This document shows, one piece after another, positions 58,128-64,000 of a DNA stretch of 64,000 bases (its first letter is position 1; each line of letters opens with the position of its first letter). The stretch spans positions 91,384-155,383 of the forward strand of contig CBDBLF010000011.1 of the NCBI GenBank assembly GCA_965206985.1. The letters run 5' to 3'. The DNA comes from Spirochaetota bacterium. GTDB taxonomy: Bacteria; Spirochaetota; Leptospiria; Turneriellales; CBDBES01. The position numbers were made by a program, and so were the translations under genes. The notes under the pieces were generated by a model. That model was not told the DNA's origin, made no database searches, and saw nothing but the letters and a program-made list of their open reading frames with translations.

Positions 58128-58597
58128 TATGCTCGTGCCTCTTCAATTTCATAAGATAACAATTCTGTGCGTTGATATTTTAGAGTTTTTAAAACTCTCT
58201 TGATGATATAGCGAACTCCACCTTTGACGTCTCCTGCTTCAATGGCACCACCTTCAAATATAATATCTCTAACAAGTAGAGGTAAATTATCTGAGCTAGA
58301 TTTGAGTAGCATAAGACGCACACTAGCCTCAGCCGAGGCACCCACTTCAGAAAAATTAAGTTTGTCTTTAGAATTAAGTTTCACACCCGTTAAGCTAAAA
58401 TGTTCTTTGGATTGTGTGGGTGTCACGTTAAGATTAGTCGTGGGTTCTACATTTGAAAAATCTAAAAAACCAGTAGATGAGGGCGAACGTGCTTGAGCAT
58501 GCTCGTTAGATTCTTCTCTGGTCATTTCAATTTGTCTCTCCACAATGAACGTTTGAGAATATTTTTTGATTTGATTCGCTACAATTTTATGCCACAT
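58127..58597 (-). CDS. Putative head-closure protein
   Basis: Position between adaptor and gp10-like genes; beta-rich. Confidence 0.45.
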   Translation of the reverse strand: MWHKIVANQIKKYSQTFIVERQIEMTREESNEHAQARSPSSTGFLDFSNVEPTTNLNVTPTQSKEHFSLTGVKLNSKDKLNFSEVGASAEASVRLMLLKSSSDNLPLLVRDIIFEGGAIEAGDVKGGVRYIIKRVLKTLKYQRTELLSYEIEEARA

Positions 58598-59018
58598 AGA
58601 TTCCTTTTCTTGTCTGAGGCTTCAGATATAAAATGGTTGCTCTTTCAGCTTTGATCAGCATCTCTTCAATCATTTGTTCTTTGTCTTGAGTACTCAACTG
58701 GGATAGCTCAAGCATTAAATCTGAGCCCAAGTCTAGTTTTTTAGGCTCTAGTGTTCGACGTAAAAAAACATCGGGTAAAATTAAATGCAAGCAGAGGTAA
58801 TACTCTGCCTGCCTTAAACGTCGAAATAGCATTTGATTTATTTTTGCCAAAGCTGATCGATATGTATCCTCTGATACCCAACTCTGAAGTCTGAGCGAGG
58901 CTTCTTCAATGTAGCCTATCACAAAGGCTTCCCACTCTTCTTCGCTCAAACCAAAAAATCCTGCATCCAAACCAATCGCTTTTAGATCGTTTGGTTCAAT
59001 AAGGGTATTCAGAGTCAT
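58587..59018 (-). CDS. Putative head-tail adaptor
   Basis: Follows the major capsid gene; helical, EAS.RLQ.WV...Y, L.QAE..L. Confidence 0.5.
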   Translation of the reverse strand: MTLNTLIEPNDLKAIGLDAGFFGLSEEEWEAFVIGYIEEASLRLQSWVSEDTYRSALAKINQMLFRRLRQAEYYLCLHLILPDVFLRRTLEPKKLDLGSDLMLELSQLSTQDKEQMIEEMLIKAERATILYLKPQTRKGIYVA

Positions 59019-59065
59019 AATTATTTACCTTAAGAAGTTTCTAGGCTTACTTCTCCTGCTTCATC

Positions 59066-60100
59066 TCAATAATCAAAGACCAATGAGCCTTTTTGCATAA
59101 GTTTTCTGAACCCACAGACTTTAGAGATTACAATTTTATTTAGTTGTTTATCAATCAACTTATCAGTTTCTGAGAGATTTGACCCTTTCTCTTCGACGAA
59201 CTCTAGTGCGGATGCCTTGTTTAGACCAACGATTTTATCAGATGCCATCGCTGTATTTTTTTTGAGCTCACTGCCAAAAGGGGTAAACATCTTGCCAGAA
59301 TTAAGAAAATCTTTCACAACGTACGAAGACTTGAATTCATTCGTCGAAAGAATTGTGTTAATTGTATCAGTATTCGCAATCCAGATGTCGGACTCATACG
59401 GATCAAATTTTAGAAAAAATTTGGTTAGGTCAGCGTAAGTAATCGATCCGGCCGTGCTTGCTGTGACCGTTGTTGCTGAATTGTTATTCCCGTCACCATT
59501 AATCAAGGTATCGATACCCTCAGAGACAATGTCTTGTGATAGTTTCATTCCGATAGCTCGTATTGTTGTCGCGAGCACGTTTGTTTTTACTCTTCGGATT
59601 GCCTCATAGCTTGACTCGATCGAAGTACCAATTTTTGATAATTCAATCGCCGTGTTCGATAGAGTAAGTTTCACTTTTGGGAATTCTGCACCCTCGGCGA
59701 CACCTCTCATTTGGATTTTATCATCAAAATCGGCAAATAGACCCCGGTAATCTTTAGAATCAATCATAGTCTTAGTTGCTATGATGTCTTCTATCTTAGC
59801 AGTCATCTTGCCCATCAGCATACCTAGCATAATATTCTGATTCCAAAATTCAGGAAACAAAATTTTTGTCGCACTTGTTTTGAAAAAATCTTCTACAAGG
59901 CTCGCGGCACCTCCTGCGATCTTAATTCCATGTGCCAAAAGTTGGCGACCATAAGAGCCCAGCTCTGACAGTTTACCCGAATATTCGTTACCCTCCTTTG
60001 CATCAATTTTATCAAGATATTCAGAAAAACTAAGACCCTCGTCTTTCGCTTGCCCGTACATATCCTTATCTAATTTTAATTCTTTTATATTTTTTGACAT
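59066..60100 (-). CDS. Major capsid protein (HK97 fold)
   Basis: LFPE, VAEGAE.P, K.G..IE.SYEA.RR, LINGDGN.N.A; 344 aa in the canonical position. Confidence 0.85.
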   Translation of the reverse strand: MSKNIKELKLDKDMYGQAKDEGLSFSEYLDKIDAKEGNEYSGKLSELGSYGRQLLAHGIKIAGGAASLVEDFFKTSATKILFPEFWNQNIMLGMLMGKMTAKIEDIIATKTMIDSKDYRGLFADFDDKIQMRGVAEGAEFPKVKLTLSNTAIELSKIGTSIESSYEAIRRVKTNVLATTIRAIGMKLSQDIVSEGIDTLINGDGNNNSATTVTASTAGSITYADLTKFFLKFDPYESDIWIANTDTINTILSTNEFKSSYVVKDFLNSGKMFTPFGSELKKNTAMASDKIVGLNKASALEFVEEKGSNLSETDKLIDKQLNKIVISKVCGFRKLMQKGSLVFDY

Positions 60101-60123
60101 TTATTTTCCTCCTAAATATTTTG

Positions 60124-60492
60124 TTAGCCTAAAAAGACTTTGATTTTTTTATCTGTTGTATCAATGTTGACAACCAGTCGCTTGTGTGAATTAGCGTTCA
60201 CTTCTACCTTGCCTGAGCCTGCCGAACGTAACCCCTGATAGCCTACAGTGGGAGCTGTCCCACTATACGTTAAGCTAACAAAACCTGTGAGTAACACTGT
60301 ACAAAACTTCTTCTCTATTGATTCTACAACACCATGAAAGTCATCGTTATCACTAGACAAAGCCACCGTGTCATCAGAAGATATTTTCACTGGCTTTAAC
60401 TCGTCAGTGCCCTTTGTCAGGGTTGAATGTTTGAAGGTTGCCCGCACATCGTTGCCGATTCCTTCATAAGTTATTTTGTCAAATAATCCCAT
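60124..60492 (-). CDS. Capsid decoration/cement protein
   Basis: 122-aa beta-rich protein between protease and capsid genes. Confidence 0.65.
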   Translation of the reverse strand: MGLFDKITYEGIGNDVRATFKHSTLTKGTDELKPVKISSDDTVALSSDNDDFHGVVESIEKKFCTVLLTGFVSLTYSGTAPTVGYQGLRSAGSGKVEVNANSHKRLVVNIDTTDKKIKVFLG

Positions 60493-60512
60493 ATTTTAAC
60501 CTCTCTTCATTT

Positions 60513-61757
60513 TTAATTTTTATAATCTTCAATATTGAGCTCATCAGATGTATCTGATTCAGAATTTAGTATTGAAGACTGTCTCGTTTCTTTTGGCAGA
60601 TGAAGCTTAGACGCCTCATCTTTGTAATCTTTGTAAAGAGCCTTGAGTGTCCTGAGTTCGCAGGTCTCTAATATTGTGAGTATTGCCTGATCAGACCGAT
60701 CGCCTTTACAAAGCTGATACAGGTTTTTTGTTTCTTGGCGTAGGCTGGCAATATAATCGTTACCCATCTCTGTAGACACCTTGATGTCTTGGAGATGCGC
60801 CTCAATCTCTTCTGCTGACAACTCGCTTGCGTCCTCACCAATCAAAGTAGATAGTGGATTGCTTAGTGCGCTAATCCGCACACTTAATTTCTCTGCTTCT
60901 CTTTCCTTCCGTTTTACATTAATCTTAAATTGCGCCAAAATGCCATTCAGCGTTGACTGCTTTAGATCAACTTCCTCAACATTTTCGTCTAAAAACTCTG
61001 GCAATTCTAAACCAAGCTCTTTCGCTATTTTTTTTGTTAGTTTCATAGTTTTTTCTTTTCCTCCATTGTTTTCATTTTGTTGTGGGGAGTCTGGGGATAA
61101 CATACCATCTGCTTGCCTCTCTTCTGTCGTGGGTGTCACATCTTTTATTTGATTGATTGGAAAGAGACTCGCTCGTCTTGTAGCGTAAGGGTCAGCCCCT
61201 TGATAGACTAACGATATTTCTCTATAGCCTGTAATACAAGTGACAATCAGGCTGACCATTTCACCATCCACCTCTTCACCAAGCACACGCCAGAAGTCGT
61301 CTCTAGCATGGCTTTTTTCCCAAAGAAAATTAAAGCCAACCGATACCGAGTGCAACGCACCAAGCCTGATCCCTTCTACAATTCGCTCGTTTTGTGATTT
61401 AGGTATTTGCAATTTTACGTTGATACCATTGGGCTCAGAAGTATCGTCCCACTTAACAGAAAGAACACTGCCCAACCACTGATTAACATCTGTCGTATGG
61501 TTTGGATAAACAGTTTGGTTTTTGAGCAGGCGGGCAGATGATTTTAGAACATTCTTTTTTTCTAAATTTAAATAATGCCCAGGAACAATAATTTTAGAAA
61601 GAGCTCTAAACACAGGATACACATATGTTTCATCTTCTTCTAGCTTAATATTCTTAGGTGGAAGTGGTGAGCTGGCTAGATCAACCTCTCCGGTAAGTTG
61701 GTCACGATCTAAATAAAGATTTACTTTATTTTCATATTCTTCTTTTTTCCCCATCAT
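60513..61757 (-). CDS. Prohead protease with C-terminal scaffold
   Basis: VY.NH, SVSVGF, EISLVY.GAD; coiled-coil tail; GGGAGA RBS before ATG 61757. Confidence 0.78.
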   Translation of the reverse strand: MMGKKEEYENKVNLYLDRDQLTGEVDLASSPLPPKNIKLEEDETYVYPVFRALSKIIVPGHYLNLEKKNVLKSSARLLKNQTVYPNHTTDVNQWLGSVLSVKWDDTSEPNGINVKLQIPKSQNERIVEGIRLGALHSVSVGFNFLWEKSHARDDFWRVLGEEVDGEMVSLIVTCITGYREISLVYQGADPYATRRASLFPINQIKDVTPTTEERQADGMLSPDSPQQNENNGGKEKTMKLTKKIAKELGLELPEFLDENVEEVDLKQSTLNGILAQFKINVKRKEREAEKLSVRISALSNPLSTLIGEDASELSAEEIEAHLQDIKVSTEMGNDYIASLRQETKNLYQLCKGDRSDQAILTILETCELRTLKALYKDYKDEASKLHLPKETRQSSILNSESDTSDELNIEDYKN

Positions 61758-61965
61758 ATCATTTCTCCCAAAACCCCTTGAGGGGTTCAATGTATGTTCT
61801 GGGGATGTCAGGTGCGATTTTATGTCACAACCTGTCTGTACGATCGCCTCTAAGCTATTGAATAGCCTTGCCTATCGCTTTTGTTTCTAAAACTGGGGAG
61901 TAACTACGTTTTGCCTCAAACCGCCTTACATGGCAATGAGAGGGCTTTTCTATATTTTTACTTTA

Positions 61966-62313
61966 TCATGCCAACTCTGTCATTGGCTCCTCTATATGCT
62001 GGGCTGTCCCAGATTGAGTATAAAAAAGACGTTCTGCAATGTCTCTGACATGCGGGGGAAGTTTCTCTAACGGGTAGTCGCCGTGAGCAATGGAAGGGTA
62101 ATGAGAACGCCAACTGCTATCTTCAGTTGCACCAACAACCATTTCGTAGGAATCAAACTCTGCGGCGTTTTCAATTAAAAAAATATCTGCCTCTTTGTCG
62201 TTTGCCTTGTTCATGTCATAAAGTTTTAGCTTAAAAGAGTCTTCAAATTCAACAGACCCAAAATCCCTAAGAGCCTCCAACGTGAATTCAAGTTTTTCTT
62301 TTAGGCCTCTCAT
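61966..62313 (-). CDS. Small acidic protein, candidate immunity protein
   Basis: 115 aa, ATGA overlap with the MuF-toxin stop; not part of the canonical head gene order. Confidence 0.55.
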   Translation of the reverse strand: MRGLKEKLEFTLEALRDFGSVEFEDSFKLKLYDMNKANDKEADIFLIENAAEFDSYEMVVGATEDSSWRSHYPSIAHGDYPLEKLPPHVRDIAERLFYTQSGTAQHIEEPMTELA

Positions 62314-64000
62314 TTTAATTCCATCGCAAATTTAAAATATTCATCCACATCGTATTTCATCGCAAAAGAGCTTGTGATTCTATGCTCATTCATATCTACA
62401 ATCGTTACAACGTTCATCGCAGAGTTATAAAAACCAACCCTGTCAGCACCCGACGGCTTTCTGCCAATGGCATGAGCATGAGGGAAAACACGGTCAAAAT
62501 CATTCAGAACCCTGCGACTTAACTGTATATAATCCTCTTGCGTTTTGACAAGCACATTTTTTCCATATGTTCTAAATTCATCTTTGTGATCTTTAAAGTG
62601 CTTCAAAAACAGATTGTTTTTCTTATCTTTCAGCTTCGTGTCGATCCACTGCGAGCCTCTGGCTGAATTGATCTTTGATGCCATTTCTTCATTCGTCAAA
62701 CCCTTGTAATATTTTCTGGTTTTTTCCAGACGATCTATAGCCAGTTGCCTTCGTTTAGTGGATTCACGATCAATGATCTTCTTATCAGGCCAGTTGGGTT
62801 TCTTGAGTGTCTGACCGGTTTGGGTGACCACGGTCTCTGGCAAACCCACCACAGTGGTCGTTCTACATCTACCGTGGTAGGGTGGTAGCTTCACCGAAAG
62901 ACCAGAAAGTATTTTCCTCGTCGATACACCCTGTGGCACGCTCTTTGGCCAAGGAAAGTTTTTAACCACCTGATCGGGTTCAGTGGTCATCACCTCTTTC
63001 ACATAGGTTGAGGCAACCTTCGTGCTGATCCGCCGTCCGCTCATCGTACGGCAAATATCAGATGTCTTCTTGTCAATCACTGCTACAATCTCTAGCGTCT
63101 GTATGCCGATCTCCTCAAAAGTCATGGTGCGTGCAAAGTTACGGCTCTTATTCACAGCATTAGAAATCACCAAACGGTAGTGATTCATTGTGTGGCGGTC
63201 TTTCATAACCTCGGGCACGGCGTGATCTAAAAGTGAAATGATCTCTTTTTCTGTTTTGCCGATTCCCTTCAAAGAATCTAAAACAGCCTCTTTGAGCGGT
63301 GCGTCTAAGCCACCAACCACTTTGCCAAAATCAAACCTTTGTTGAGCCACAAAAAAATCAATCGCATCTTGGTCATTTGCATGCTCGCCAATAATCGTAC
63401 CTGCCTCCGTTTTGACCTCTGAGCCGGCTTGCCAAATTCGTTTGGTATATTCCACGATTGTTGGAACAAGCTCTTGAGGAATATCTTTTTTGATCCGTTT
63501 AGAAATAAGCTCTTGAATCTCTCTCTCTGCTCTTCTCTCTTTGACCATTTTCTTGATCAGATTAGTAAGGGTTACAACCTCATTTCCATACTTAGCTAAA
63601 AACTCTTGGGTCGCTTCACGCTCAAGCATTCGCCCTTTCAATACTTCTTTTCTTTTTTTATTCATTGGAGATGATTCGTTGAGAGCTTTTTTTTTTACTA
63701 GATTTCCGTTCGGGAAATCTAGCATCGCCTCAGAAAAACCACTACCGCTAGTTTTTCCTCGGGGATACTCGCTACCGTTCGGGAAATCTAGCATCGCCTC
63801 AGAAAAACCACTACCGCTAGTTTTTCCTCGGGGATACTCATCACCGTTCGGGAAATCTAGCATCGCCTTAACCTGCTTTTCTTTGCCCGTTGCCTTTTCA
63901 TAGCCCAGCTCCCGTGCTGCTGTATCTATATCAATGATTCCTGCTTGATATTTCATGAGTATAACTCTAGTTTTGATCTCTGTGGCTTCTGCATTTTCTT
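62310..64000 (-). CDS. Portal C-terminus fused in frame to MuF (SPP1 gp7-like) minor head protein with putative C-terminal RNase toxin; 5' end outside the window
   Basis: Frame open to base 64000 (ENAEATEIKTRVILMKYQAGIIDIDTAARELGY, portal-like tail); MuF motifs DKKTSDICR and LPPYHGRCRT; C-terminal HFKDHKDEF...YIQLS...GFY...ITSSF. Confidence 0.75.
   Translation of the reverse strand, partial: ENAEATEIKTRVILMKYQAGIIDIDTAARELGYEKATGKEKQVKAMLDFPNGDEYPRGKTSGSGFSEAMLDFPNGSEYPRGKTSGSGFSEAMLDFPNGNLVKKKALNESSPMNKKRKEVLKGRMLEREATQEFLAKYGNEVVTLTNLIKKMVKERRAEREIQELISKRIKKDIPQELVPTIVEYTKRIWQAGSEVKTEAGTIIGEHANDQDAIDFFVAQQRFDFGKVVGGLDAPLKEAVLDSLKGIGKTEKEIISLLDHAVPEVMKDRHTMNHYRLVISNAVNKSRNFARTMTFEEIGIQTLEIVAVIDKKTSDICRTMSGRRISTKVASTYVKEVMTTEPDQVVKNFPWPKSVPQGVSTRKILSGLSVKLPPYHGRCRTTTVVGLPETVVTQTGQTLKKPNWPDKKIIDRESTKRRQLAIDRLEKTRKYYKGLTNEEMASKINSARGSQWIDTKLKDKKNNLFLKHFKDHKDEFRTYGKNVLVKTQEDYIQLSRRVLNDFDRVFPHAHAIGRKPSGADRVGFYNSAMNVVTIVDMNEHRITSSFAMKYDVDEYFKFAMELK
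63687..63696 (-). repeat. A10 homopolymer at the portal/MuF junction
   Basis: GTA AAA AAA AAA GCT; an A9 allele gives TGA overlapping the ATG at 63665. Confidence 0.9.
63706..63868 (-). repeat. 69-bp in-frame tandem repeat (about 2.4 copies; AMLDFPNGxEYPRGKTSGSGFSE)
   Basis: 25-nt core CCGTTCGGGAAATCTAGCATCGCCT at 63706, 63775, 63844. Confidence 0.92.

Larger units (their letters stand above)
56237..64000 (-). mobile_element. Myovirus-type prophage head/neck module (continues past window end; tail module absent here)
   Basis: Co-oriented, tightly coupled genes in portal-MuF-protease-decoration-capsid-neck-sheath order. Confidence 0.88.

Noticed and set aside
63706-63868. 25-nt repeats at 69-bp spacing as a mini-CRISPR
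   Set aside because: The two spacers are nearly identical and the unit is in frame within a CDS, so it is a tandem duplication.

Overview
The window looks like a Spirochaetota, Leptospirales-like bacterial chromosome. This is inferred from the Leptospira-type MreB N-terminus, a long RodA, a GlmU-like family protein and spirochaetal lipoboxes. The housekeeping backbone comprises aroC, rplS-rnhB-mgtE, purN, tRNA-Pro, tRNA-Val, rpsT, M23-bactofilin, mreBCD-mrdA-rodA, glnA, purE and skp-lpxD-ruvX. It is heavily invaded by IS elements (IS3, IS1, IS1182, IS1595 and an IS481-like element with 15-17 bp target duplications) and by pseudogene debris. Two accessory systems stand out. (1) A dispersed family of GLUG-type beta-helix surface lipoproteins: three intact genes (3439-6165, 51890-53665, 54012-55829), one IS3-decapitated copy (1056-3041) and two relic fragments. 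Their repeat rungs alternate DNA-level constant blocks with hypervariable (TCT)n Ser-rich loops, and short sequence tracts are shared between distant loci, which suggests a recombination/slippage-driven surface diversification system. (2) The head-neck module of a myovirus-type prophage (56237-64000). Here the portal is fused in frame to a MuF protein with a C-terminal putative RNase toxin through an A10 tract, followed by a coupled candidate immunity gene; losing one A would split portal and MuF into an ATGA-coupled pair. Other oddities are a hybrid IS (IS481-like ends around an IS1182), a transposase with no stop codon, and rnhB sitting in frame behind the rplS amber stop with no canonical start. 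All calls were made by eye without database searches.
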